Shown: positions 22,101 to 28,948 of the stretch, one piece after another
How positions within the stretch are numbered: position 1 is the first letter of the stretch
How the letters are laid out: the number at the start of each line of letters is the position of its first letter
Assembly (NCBI GenBank): GCA_017622995.1
Contig: JAGAQA010000024.1
Span: 6,272-70,271, forward strand
DNA: 64,000 nt
Source of the DNA: Oscillospiraceae bacterium
Lineage (GTDB): Bacteria > Bacillota > Clostridia > Oscillospirales > Oscillospiraceae
Reading direction: 5' to 3'
Notes under the pieces: generated by a model
Told to the model about the DNA's origin: nothing
Databases searched by the model: none
What the model saw: the letters and a program-made list of their open reading frames with translations, nothing else
Program-made: the position numbers and the translations under genes

Positions 22101-24100
22101 CCGCCAATGTTTTTGGGACCGGAAATGGTTCCGCTGTTGGAGCAGTTTACAATACCGCCTTTAGATTTGCTAGAAGTTGTGTTATATCCGCAGATGCCGC
22201 CTGCAGAGTCAGTACTTGCCGTCACATTGCCGCTGTTGGTACAACCTTCAATTTTGCCGTTTGCTTTACCGATTATACCACCAACATACGATTTCGAAGA
22301 AACATTACCAGTGTTTGTGCAGTTGGAAATCACTGCCGCTGAATTGTTAAGCGTTGCGCAAATACCACCAGTTCCGTTTGTTCCGTTACCTTGAATCGCA
22401 CCTGTATTGGTACAATTTGCTATCTGTTTTTGTGACGCACCAAACGAACCACAGATACCGCCTGTATATATTTCACCGATTGTATTTAAATTGCCATTAT
22501 TTTGACAGTTTTCAATATTACCGGTACAGTATGCTGCAATGCCGCCTGCATAAGCGCTACCACTTGAAATAGAAATGGTAATATTTACGTTGTTCGTACA
22601 ATTATAAAAAGATCCAGTAGAGCGAGCGCAAATACCTGCACTACGAGCTGCGGTAGATGAATATGTACCGCTGACGGTGAGATTTTTGATCGTACCGTTC
22701 TCAAGGTATCCAAACAAAGCGGCCGACTTGTGGGTAGTTGAAACGCTGTTAAGACCGCTGATGGTTTTGCCGTTTCCGTCAAAGGTGCCCTTAAAACTTG
22801 CGTATTGTGAAGCGCTTGAACCGTCGTAGTAACCTATCGGCTCCCATGTGCCCCCCGAAATGTCGATATCGTTGCCGAGTTTGTAATGCTTGCTGTAATA
22901 CGATGAGTTTTTGTTATTTACAAACCACGCCAAATCAGCAAGCTGCTGTGCTGTTGTAATAATATAAGGGTCTGCTTCCGTACCGCTGCCCGTCCAGGTG
23001 ATCGTGGGCTTGCTGGTAGGATAAGCCCAGGTGTCCAGCATATCTGCAACACCCAGATCTACTTCCAGTTTCAGGGTGGAAACGCTTACACCCAGAGCAT
23101 AGCCCTCAGGCAGAATAGCTTTCAGTTCGTAAGTACCCTGTCCCTCGCCCTCAGTGGGGAAGGTTTCGCACTCCCACTGTACAGGGATTTCCACTTCTGT
23201 GCCGTCCACCATAGCAGTGATGGCAGAGGGCAGGATGGACTTCAGGGTTTCCCAGTCTGCTGCATTAGGCAGGGTTGCGTAGGTGCCGTCCTCGGAGAGA
23301 ATCTCATATTCATCTACCCAGCTCCATGCGGTGATGGTCAGCACCACAGGCTCCGGGACAGGCTCATCCATGCCGCAAACCTTGCACTTTCCATCCAGAT
23401 ATTCTGCATGGGAGCAGTCTGCACCGCAGGCATCGCACTTGCCGTCGGCATCGGTGCCGTAATTGTGGGCTGCCAGCTCGCCATAGGCAGTTTCGCATTT
23501 TTCGCAGATGGCCTGATCCTTACAGGTAGCCGTGCCACCGGAATGGACGCAAGGCTCTGCTGCGCCGCAAACAGTACACTTGCCCTCGGTATACTCTGCG
23601 TGGTTACAGATTTCACCGCAGCCACATACGCCATCGGTATAGGTATGGGCATGGGGTTCTGCTGCACCGCAGACGGTGCACTTACCCTCGGCATACTCTG
23701 CATGGACACAGACAGCGCCGCAAACTACGCATACACCGTTTTCATAGCTGTGAGCTGCCAGTTCACCATAGGCTGCAGTGCATACTGCGCAAACCGCCTG
23801 TGCTTTGCAGGTAGCTTCGCCACCGGTATGAGCAGCCAGCTCACCATAAGGCTCACCGCATTCGTCGCAGTTAGCCAGAGCGGTACAGGTTGCCGTACCA
23901 CCGGAATGCTGACATTCCTCTGTCACGACAAGCTGGGCCAGATTACAAACAGTGCAGATTCCCTCTGCATTGTAAGTACCCTCGCAGCCCTCAGTGACAG
24001 TACAGGGATCGCCCTCCGCTGCCAGCGCAGGCATGGGCACATAGGACAGTACCATGCTCAGAACCAGCAGGAAAGATAGGATCTTCTTCATGTTTCTCAT
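16130..24100 (-). CDS. Giant (2656 aa) sortase-anchored surface protein/adhesin
   Basis: Signal peptide MKKILSFLLVLSMVLSYVPMPALA; Cys/His repeats; Ig-like domain; GLUG-type GSGTEADPYII/GGICG repeats; Big_2; MBG/YDG-like stalk; C-terminal NPKTG plus TM plus KKRIH. Confidence 0.88.
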   Translation of the reverse strand: MRNMKKILSFLLVLSMVLSYVPMPALAAEGDPCTVTEGCEGTYNAEGICTVCNLAQLVVTEECQHSGGTATCTALANCDECGEPYGELAAHTGGEATCKAQAVCAVCTAAYGELAAHSYENGVCVVCGAVCVHAEYAEGKCTVCGAAEPHAHTYTDGVCGCGEICNHAEYTEGKCTVCGAAEPCVHSGGTATCKDQAICEKCETAYGELAAHNYGTDADGKCDACGADCSHAEYLDGKCKVCGMDEPVPEPVVLTITAWSWVDEYEILSEDGTYATLPNAADWETLKSILPSAITAMVDGTEVEIPVQWECETFPTEGEGQGTYELKAILPEGYALGVSVSTLKLEVDLGVADMLDTWAYPTSKPTITWTGSGTEADPYIITTAQQLADLAWFVNNKNSSYYSKHYKLGNDIDISGGTWEPIGYYDGSSASQYASFKGTFDGNGKTISGLNSVSTTHKSAALFGYLENGTIKNLTVSGTYSSTAARSAGICARSTGSFYNCTNNVNITISISSGSAYAGGIAAYCTGNIENCQNNGNLNTIGEIYTGGICGSFGASQKQIANCTNTGAIQGNGTNGTGGICATLNNSAAVISNCTNTGNVSSKSYVGGIIGKANGKIEGCTNSGNVTASTDSAGGICGYNTTSSKSKGGIVNCSNSGTISGPKNIGGISGYGESLISKCYNTGTVKSTNTGSSAQVYVGGIEGLSYGAAINNCYNTGAVSGGSSTSWYVSGISGCLKSNATVSNCFNSGTISTGNSTYSKAIAYKSSGTIKNCYFLSGKGTDSNATSKNSTAFSDGTVARLLQAENLELVWGQTIGTDTHPVFYNGSNALGVDATGIIIDPTTATVGVGKTVTLTATVTPEHANDKTVTWTSDNNSIATVVNGVVTGVSKGTATITVTTKDGEYTATCAVTVCDHAGSTHTEYTTANCQHTYTCTECNLTLTDACTFDAATGICSVCDAYVAVVSVTVNGSTTHYKDIISAVEYVTNLSGSDAVEMKLTADSTSDATIFFPAKAITLDLNGKSATIKSLYYVSDADLTIKDSTSEQAGKLLITYQHSITEGAKLTLNSGFVEGNYQCNYVEGTFVMTGGTLKSTLNAIQVEDANSEIIISGGTLDGGLYAIYRQASYHTSKITLSGGYFINGIRSTSLSGYPLSGLLAEGYKFVDDDNNNVDATVDYLQENLRVVFDHKHEWEYSAEGATITATCANTDGACGDPEQSITIKAPSSGRGGLVFNNAVKAATISGTIEDVVLPEIVYTLKSTDEVATPFAPGVYVASITLGTATASCEFEIIKGSLSYADFAYDSATTVIYDGTSKSVTVTPVDTIAAYVGAVKVLYNNSDTPPTDVGSYAISISVAESDYYTEKTIMLRNGREAVTLTIAAKDIGDLTYDLEDSYPLIGGVATPDVTIQYNGMTLVKDIDYTLEYANNTTPGTATMTITGEGNYTGTKELQFNIPEHSHDWEYSADGDTITAICSNEDRSCPDTNGGSISIAVPDSVSYTGSAIEAKVTDNLTPEHTVVYSGDGLIEGKPVNPGTYTATITLGTAEISVTYIIENVLNSITVTADSTGSVAVPTKDNSTIVTLTAMADYSYGEDVDVTEDATWNLAENYTGVSIEGNVITLTPEAAAGTIKATATYGDKTGEIEITLTKANVGVLTALGEITGPDSISLSGKTEPQTGTYTITGEDIYGAAVPSAVTWSVTGHDGVTIGADGKLTVPVNVPNGTKLTVKATSNALSKTKEVTVISHVHSWTYSVNEAKDTITATCANGDSSCPNTAGGTVTISASNATYDGTAKTAALTAEPVGDLTNLSDLIQYQKKDGDTWNAATPTAPTDAGIYKASLTVDTDKIISAEYTVNQKELTIKADNQQITYGEVLDSTKITNTGLIDGHSITATLTPSTTNATTNGKITPSNAVIKNGDKDVTTNYAISYADGDLIINKANTSITYNGYAPGKTYDAQPLANPTEGELTISGAAYADVTFTWYKDSVDEANKLTAAPKDAGTYYVVASIAETANTEASSVTSNPITISKRDITGATITLGAALTYTGEEKNQTVTEIKVGDVVVDDYTISGNTGTNVGTYTLTVTGNGNFTGTATKTWSIGKAEPSYSTPTGLTATYGQTLAGIPLPTGWAWKASNTPVGDVNGNNTFPAIFTPGDTSNYSTVEVNLIVAVAPKEVTVSSITATNRAYNGTTVVALTGGVVNGVISGDTVSVDLSKAVANTADANVGNGKAVTITGVALDGADAANYTLTAQPTGVTVNITKASATAENGELTITNRLAKTYNVDLAELLPALETGKSYGDVSYTVAAYDLQGYNSAAPTITDDVLSVPVRSMNNSEEGSFGTITISFTTDNFTVSNATITVKRTNKATVTITGVTAASGLTYSGNAQAGYTGTPAVQGYTGTFDVIYTGTGNTTYGPSTTAPTNAGTYSVKITIPETHETLAGETTLNFTIAKAAVTITAEDKTAVEGDAKPAFTYTVTGLKGTDKLTTAPTMTCTVDMSKPGDYAITPSNAQAGDNYSIAYVAGKLTVKQKHNVKIADTTNGSVTTNVSKAAEGTEVAITVTPKSGYKLSTLTVKDAAGKSYVVSTDNNGKYYFTMPDADVTVTATFKKISTAKADPTNPKTGDDFQLVLWSSILCGSVLGVAILLTDNKKRIH

Positions 24101-24135
24101 AGGCTTATTCCTCCTCGGGAAGATATAAGAGAGGC

Positions 24136-24390
24136 TTACGCCTCAGATTTTACATAGTGGTCAATCAGTTGTGCTCTGGCTGCCTCCGAAGTCACTTCCT
24201 CCGGTGCTCCTGTCAGATAGCGCAGGGCATCATTCCAGACAGAAAAGGGATAGGTTTCGGGCGGTATGGATTCCAGCTTCTTAGCCAGACGACCCTGCTG
24301 ATCCGAATTTACATTTCTCAAATCGCTCAAGAAAGCACAGCCTGCGCTCTCTGCCAGCAGATCAAGCAAGGATTTTCGTTTTTCGGTCAT
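24136..24390 (-). CDS. Small hypothetical protein (84 aa) directly upstream of the giant gene
   Basis: ORF with LLDLLAESAGCAFLSDL, 36 nt before the adhesin start; weak RBS. Confidence 0.6.
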   Translation of the reverse strand: MTEKRKSLLDLLAESAGCAFLSDLRNVNSDQQGRLAKKLESIPPETYPFSVWNDALRYLTGAPEEVTSEAARAQLIDHYVKSEA

Positions 24391-24421
24391 AGAACGACAT
24401 CCAATCGTCGAAAATTTTTAT

Positions 24422-24525
24422 GGGATCAATAGATCCTATAAAGGAAGGGCGCCCTTCCTTTATGATGGTTTGACAGCCACTTATCCTGTTAGTGAGCCTA
24501 ACAGGATAGAGGGGTACCCCTCTAT
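24422..24525. repeat. Cluster of five near-abutting palindromes/hairpins in the 5' leader of the adhesin operon
   Basis: ggatc-aata-gatcc; perfect 26-bp ATAAAGGAAGGGCGCCCTTCCTTTAT; tggtt-tgac-agcca; tatcctgttag-tgagc-ctaacaggata; perfect 20-bp ATAGAGGGGTACCCCTCTAT. Confidence 0.85.
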
Positions 24526-24575
24526 TTTTGCAGATGGACATAATAAGGCATAATACCCTATATTATATCGATAAT

Positions 24576-24604
24576 ATTATACGGTATCAGAATACCAAAT
24601 GCAA
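24576..24604 (-). promoter_or_regulatory. Sigma-A promoter of the small-ORF/adhesin operon
   Basis: Minus-strand TTGCAT-17bp-TATAAT; the spacer contains the palindrome GGTAT-tctg-ATACC. Confidence 0.65.
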
Positions 24605-24612
24605 TTACACTT

Positions 24613-25155
24613 TTAATTATTTTCAATTTTTTCACTTGCATTTTCTGCTGCCACACTTTCAGGCATATGGAAAATATCTTTCTCCGCTATCGTTCCGGCG
24701 GTATACTCTAGAACACAACTGTATTTGGGTGAAACAGTCCAGCAAAGGTAGGTCAGTCCATCTAATTCCCCCTGTACGCCACACCAACTGCCCACTTTGC
24801 AATCGCTGCGGTTTTCAAGGGTGCCAATGTCCACCGCCATATCCAATGCTGTCTTGTTCAGTCCTTCAAGTTCAGATGGTTCCTCGTTGAGATAGGTTGT
24901 GGTACAGCAGTAATAGTTGATGGATACATTGTTAGGACCCTTTATCACAAAGGGTCTTACTTCGGAGATGGATTCCAGTTTCCAATCTTCGTCCACTTCC
25001 TGCAAGGCCGACTGAACCTTGTCTATCTCCTTCGCCGCCTGCCAATATGGATTTTGTTCTCTCCGATAGATTCTATATCCCCACACGATGCCTACGGTGA
25101 TGGCGATCATGGAAATGCAGATAATGATTGCAAATAGAATCTTTTTCTTGGTCAT
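24613..25155 (-). CDS. Hypothetical membrane-anchored protein
   Basis: N-terminal KKK plus TM helix and an acidic soluble domain; ATGA-type overlap with the upstream SLOG gene. Confidence 0.65.
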   Translation of the reverse strand: MTKKKILFAIIICISMIAITVGIVWGYRIYRREQNPYWQAAKEIDKVQSALQEVDEDWKLESISEVRPFVIKGPNNVSINYYCCTTTYLNEEPSELEGLNKTALDMAVDIGTLENRSDCKVGSWCGVQGELDGLTYLCWTVSPKYSCVLEYTAGTIAEKDIFHMPESVAAENASEKIENN

Positions 25156-25634
25156 TCTAAGTCCTCCAAAGGATCATTAAGGTTGATGCGGGGAATACCT
25201 TTCCGCTTTGCGTATTTCATGGTCTGCCATGCTCCGCCGCTTTCATGCTGGACGAAGAAAACAACAAGATCAGAGCGGTCAACCATTTCACGGTTCCTTG
25301 TTTGGTAAGCTCCCTTAAAGTGGCCGCCAGCAGCGGCTCCGCAGATTTCTATTTCATCGTAGTAATCCCGGTAGGCATCCTCGTTGTCCCGGAAGTCTGC
25401 CGTTGGGTATGGCAGCACCCAAACATGGGCGCAGTTATCATCCCGGATCGTGCGCTTGCAGCGGCAAATGGTGGAGGAAACTATCTGGTCAAATTCTCCG
25501 TCCCTGCCTACCAGGAACTCCACATATTCATGTTCCCGCAACAACGTTTGTATGAGCTTGTCCAACCTGCCTTCAATTTCCAATGCATTTTTAATTATGC
25601 GATGTCCAAAGAAGCTGACGGTAAGTGTATTCAA
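25152..25634 (-). CDS. SLOG-superfamily (YpsA/DUF1273-like) protein
   Basis: VSFFGHR, FLVGRDGEFD, VLPY, RNREMVDRSDLVVFFV, SGGAWQTMKYAKRKG; TTG start after AGGGGA. Confidence 0.75.
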   Translation of the reverse strand: MNTLTVSFFGHRIIKNALEIEGRLDKLIQTLLREHEYVEFLVGRDGEFDQIVSSTICRCKRTIRDDNCAHVWVLPYPTADFRDNEDAYRDYYDEIEICGAAAGGHFKGAYQTRNREMVDRSDLVVFFVQHESGGAWQTMKYAKRKGIPRINLNDPLEDLE

Positions 25635-25755
25635 CACGCTATCCCCTAACAATTAGTATACTTGCGTTTATCGTTAAAATTATACGACATAAATGATTAA
25701 ATATCAACGATTTGTCGAAGTATAATTTACGAAGAATACAAGCAAAGGGGTGAGT

Positions 25756-26064
25756 GTGGTGAAGGATATTCTTGCTACCATAACAGAATACCGGGCAGAA
25801 AGAGGATGGACGGAGTATCAGCTTGCAGAACACTCTGGCTTGCCCCAGTCTACAATCTCCTCATGGTATCGTAAGAACATGGTGCCAACAATTCCATCCT
25901 TGGAGAAGATTTGTTCTGCGTTTGGGATTACACTGTCCCAGTTATTTGCCGAAGGCGATGCACCTGTTTCGCTGACTGAATCTCAACGAAAACTGTTAGA
26001 TCGTTGGTCGAGGTTGAGCGAGGAGCAGCAGTCTGTGGTTTTTGCTTTGATCGATAAAATGTAA
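25756..26064 (+). CDS. XRE-family helix-turn-helix regulator
   Basis: RGWTEYQLAEHSGLPQSTISSWYRKNMVPTIPSLEKICSAFGITLSQLF; divergent from the SLOG gene. Confidence 0.88.
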   Translation: MVKDILATITEYRAERGWTEYQLAEHSGLPQSTISSWYRKNMVPTIPSLEKICSAFGITLSQLFAEGDAPVSLTESQRKLLDRWSRLSEEQQSVVFALIDKM

Positions 26065-26065
26065 A

Positions 26066-26113
26066 AAATCCGCCAGTACCGGCACCGTAAGGTGTGCCAG
26101 CACTGGCGGATTT
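26066..26113 (+). terminator. Hairpin after the XRE gene
   Basis: aaatccgccagt...actggcggattt. Confidence 0.6.
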
Positions 26114-26230
26114 CAATCACAATTTGATTTGGATAAAAGAAAAACAAGCGATACCTCGTTCATAATGAACCAGATATCGCTCATTTTTGCTCTTGCACCC
26201 TGCTTGGCAGCTACCCTATGTCGGTAGTTT

Positions 26231-26273
26231 TTATACTGTCTTATTGGAAGCTACCCTTTGGGCGGTATTGTTA
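26231..26273. repeat. attR of the integrative element
   Basis: ttatactgtcttattggaagcta-CCCTTT-gggcggtattgtta; the inner arm is inverted to the attL arm and the outer arm is complementary to the host sequence left of attL. Confidence 0.85.
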
Positions 26274-27326
26274 TTTCTTTGGCAAGGTTACCGTGAATTT
26301 TGTGAAGGAGGGGTTGCTTTCTACCCGGATGCTGCCGCCGTGGAGCTCCACCACCCGCTTGACCACGGCAAGACCGATACCGTTGCCTTCGGTATTGTGG
26401 GAGTGATCCGCCTGGTAGAATTTCCGAAAGATGGCGCTCTGCTGCTCCTGGGGGATATAGGAGCCGGTATTCGTGATGGATACGGAAACGCTGGATTCCT
26501 CCTCGGCAGCGGAAATTTCCACGGACTGTCCCTCGGGGGAGAACTTGATGGCATTGTCCAGCAGATTCACCCAAACCTGGCGCAGAAGCTCCTGGTTCCC
26601 GGAAATGGTGTGCTCCTCCAGCTCCAGGTTCATTTCCAGGTCCTTTTGTTCCCATTTGGCCTCCAGCAGCAGTACACAGGTCCGCAGCTGTTCCGAAAGA
26701 TTGAAAACGCTGACATCCGTCAGAATGGTCTGGTTTTCCACCTTGGTCAGGTTCAGTACATTGGTGGCCATATAAGCCAGCCGCCGGGATTCGCTTTCAA
26801 TGATGTTTAAGTACTCCTTCTGCTCCTGCTCGTCCAGATTTCCCTGCTTCAGAAGGCCGGCAAACCCGGCGATGGAGACAATGGGGGTTTTGAATTCATG
26901 GGAAAAATTGTTGATGAAGTCCGAGCGCAGCATCTCCGTACCCTCCAGCTCCTGGGCGGTGGTATTGAAGCTGTCGATCATTTCCCGGATGGGACGGATG
27001 GAGCCCAGGATTTTTCCCGGAACAATCCGGGCCTTGTAGTCGCCGGAGGCCAGACGGTGCAGGCCTTCCGTCATCCGGTTTATGGAACGCAGAGGAAAGG
27101 TGCCGAGAAACACCGTCAGCAGGGTGCCGCCGATGAGGCTAATGAGGGCAATAATGCCGAAGAAGCTCAGGATACTGGCGTCTTCCATCCACCGGGACAG
27201 CAAGCCCAGCCTGTCCGCTGCCAGCAGAACGATGCCGATGATGCCCAGGGTCACCAGGGTCACCAGAAACACACTGCCGGACAGCAGCAGCGTCAGGGTC
27301 ATGCGGCCCTTTTTCTCTTCCTTCAT
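26271..27326 (-). CDS. Sensor histidine kinase (HAMP-HisKA-HATPase; HssS-like)
   Basis: Two TM helices, FINNFSHEFKTP, NLLDNAIKF, GNGIGLAVVKRVVELHGG. Confidence 0.93.
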   Translation of the reverse strand: MKEEKKGRMTLTLLLSGSVFLVTLVTLGIIGIVLLAADRLGLLSRWMEDASILSFFGIIALISLIGGTLLTVFLGTFPLRSINRMTEGLHRLASGDYKARIVPGKILGSIRPIREMIDSFNTTAQELEGTEMLRSDFINNFSHEFKTPIVSIAGFAGLLKQGNLDEQEQKEYLNIIESESRRLAYMATNVLNLTKVENQTILTDVSVFNLSEQLRTCVLLLEAKWEQKDLEMNLELEEHTISGNQELLRQVWVNLLDNAIKFSPEGQSVEISAAEEESSVSVSITNTGSYIPQEQQSAIFRKFYQADHSHNTEGNGIGLAVVKRVVELHGGSIRVESNPSFTKFTVTLPKK

Positions 27327-27997
27327 ACCTTTTTCACCGCCTTATAACCCAGGCCGCGGACGGAGATGATCTCAAACTCCGGCCAGGATTCAAAGCGCTT
27401 GCGCAGACGGCCGATGTGAACCGTAACGGTTTCCCAGCCGGTATCGCTGTCCATACCCCAGATCTCGTCCATCAGCTGAATGCGGGTGAAGATTTTGCCG
27501 GGGTAGGAAAGAAGCTTGTACAGCAGAAGAAACTCCTTTTGGGGCAGCTCCTGCTGCTCCTCTCCCCGGGAGACGGTGAGGGAATCGTAATCCAGCACCA
27601 CAGGACCGATGACGATTTTTCGTTCACTGACAATCTTTGCCCGCCGCAGCAGGGCTTTGATCCGCAAAAGCATTTCATCCGTGTCCACGGGCTTGGTCAT
27701 ATAGTCATCGGTGCCCACCAGGAATCCCTTTTTCCGGTCTTCCGACAGCTGCTTGGCGGAAACCATCAGGATCGGCAGATCGCTGTTGGCGCTGCGCAGG
27801 GTTTTTGTGAATTCATAGCCGTCCATCCGCGGCATCATAATGTCCAGAACGGCCAGGTCAATGTGCTCCCTGTCCATGACGGCCAGTGCTTCCTCACCAT
27901 CACAGGCAGTGGTTACGGTGTAGCCGTCGCCCTCCAGAACAGCACGCATCAGCCGCCGGGTATTTTTGTCGTCATCCACCACGAGAATATGAAACAT
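27323..27997 (-). CDS. OmpR-family response regulator (HssR-like)
   Basis: MFHILVVDDD, LDIMMPRMDG, GTDDYMTKP, winged-helix TVTVHIGRLRKRF. Confidence 0.93.
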   Translation of the reverse strand: MFHILVVDDDKNTRRLMRAVLEGDGYTVTTACDGEEALAVMDREHIDLAVLDIMMPRMDGYEFTKTLRSANSDLPILMVSAKQLSEDRKKGFLVGTDDYMTKPVDTDEMLLRIKALLRRAKIVSERKIVIGPVVLDYDSLTVSRGEEQQELPQKEFLLLYKLLSYPGKIFTRIQLMDEIWGMDSDTGWETVTVHIGRLRKRFESWPEFEIISVRGLGYKAVKKV

Positions 27998-28108
27998 TGT
28001 ATCCCCCTCTCCGGTTTTGCTTGCATTCCCGCTAAGAATATGGTATGATTCTAAACCGAAACGAAACATTTTCCCTCATTATACCCTCTGGCAGGGAAAG
28101 AAACAAGA

Positions 28109-28141
28109 GTTTATATGCAGTTTAGCTTCCGGCCTTACAAT
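28109..28141 (+). promoter_or_regulatory. Candidate OmpR-type tandem repeat overlapping the -35 of the acyltransferase promoter
   Basis: GTTTATATG-ca-GTTTAGCTT (11-bp period), then TACAAT at 28136-28141. Confidence 0.4.
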
Positions 28142-28171
28142 GTGCTCCTATGACAATGGGAGGGTGCGGCT

Positions 28172-28948
28172 GTGAGAGTGTGGATTGAGAAACTGTTTTA
28201 TAAGGTGGTTTGGCGCCTGGTGTGGATCTTCTATCCGAGATATACCATCGAAGGACTGGATAATCTGCCGGAGGAGCCGTCGATTGTGGTGGGGAACCAC
28301 TCCCAGGCCCACGGGCCGATTTTCAGCGAATTGTATTTTCCCGGCAAGAGGTCAATCTGGTGTGCCGGGCAGATGATGTGCTGCAAAGAAGTGCCGGACT
28401 ATACCTATCATGACTTCTGGGATGAGAAGCCCCGGTTTCTGCACCCCCTGTTCCGGCTCCTGTCCTACATCATTGCGCCGTTCATTTCCGCGGTGATGCG
28501 CTGCGGAGACACCATTGCGGTGTACCACGATACCCGGGTCATCAACACCTTCCGCACCACCGTCAAAAAGCTGAACGAGGGCAATCACATCATCATTTTC
28601 CCGGAGTGCAAGCGGGGGTACAATCAGATTCTCTGCGCCTTCCAGGAGAATTTCATCGATGTGGCCAAGCTCTATTACAAAAAGACGGGGAAAGAGGTTT
28701 GCTTCGTTCCCATGTATCTGGCGCCCAGGCTGCGGAAAGCCTATTTCGGCAAGCCCATCCGGTTCGACAGCACGGCACCCATTGCCGACGAGCGGAAACG
28801 GATCTGCAAGGCGTTGATGGACGCCATTACAGATATGGCGGTTTCCCTGCCGGAGCATATTGTGGTGCCGTACCCCAATATTCCCAAAAAGGAATACCGC
28901 ACAAATCTTTCAACCGAGGCGATTATCCGTGAAGAAACCAGTTGTTGA
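28172..28948 (+). CDS. PlsC-like phospholipid/glycerol acyltransferase
   Basis: IVVGNHSQAHGP, IIIFPE and FVPMYLA blocks; lacks the canonical HxxxxD aspartate. Confidence 0.75.
   Translation: MRVWIEKLFYKVVWRLVWIFYPRYTIEGLDNLPEEPSIVVGNHSQAHGPIFSELYFPGKRSIWCAGQMMCCKEVPDYTYHDFWDEKPRFLHPLFRLLSYIIAPFISAVMRCGDTIAVYHDTRVINTFRTTVKKLNEGNHIIIFPECKRGYNQILCAFQENFIDVAKLYYKKTGKEVCFVPMYLAPRLRKAYFGKPIRFDSTAPIADERKRICKALMDAITDMAVSLPEHIVVPYPNIPKKEYRTNLSTEAIIREETSC

Noticed and set aside
23360-24010. Cys-rich region as a multiheme cytochrome
   Set aside because: CxxC motifs are followed by G/N/T/E rather than H; no CxxCH
16130-24100. Diversity-generating retroelement or shufflon acting on the adhesin
   Set aside because: No reverse transcriptase, no template/variable repeat pair, and no silent cassettes or invertase with repeated crossover sites in the window
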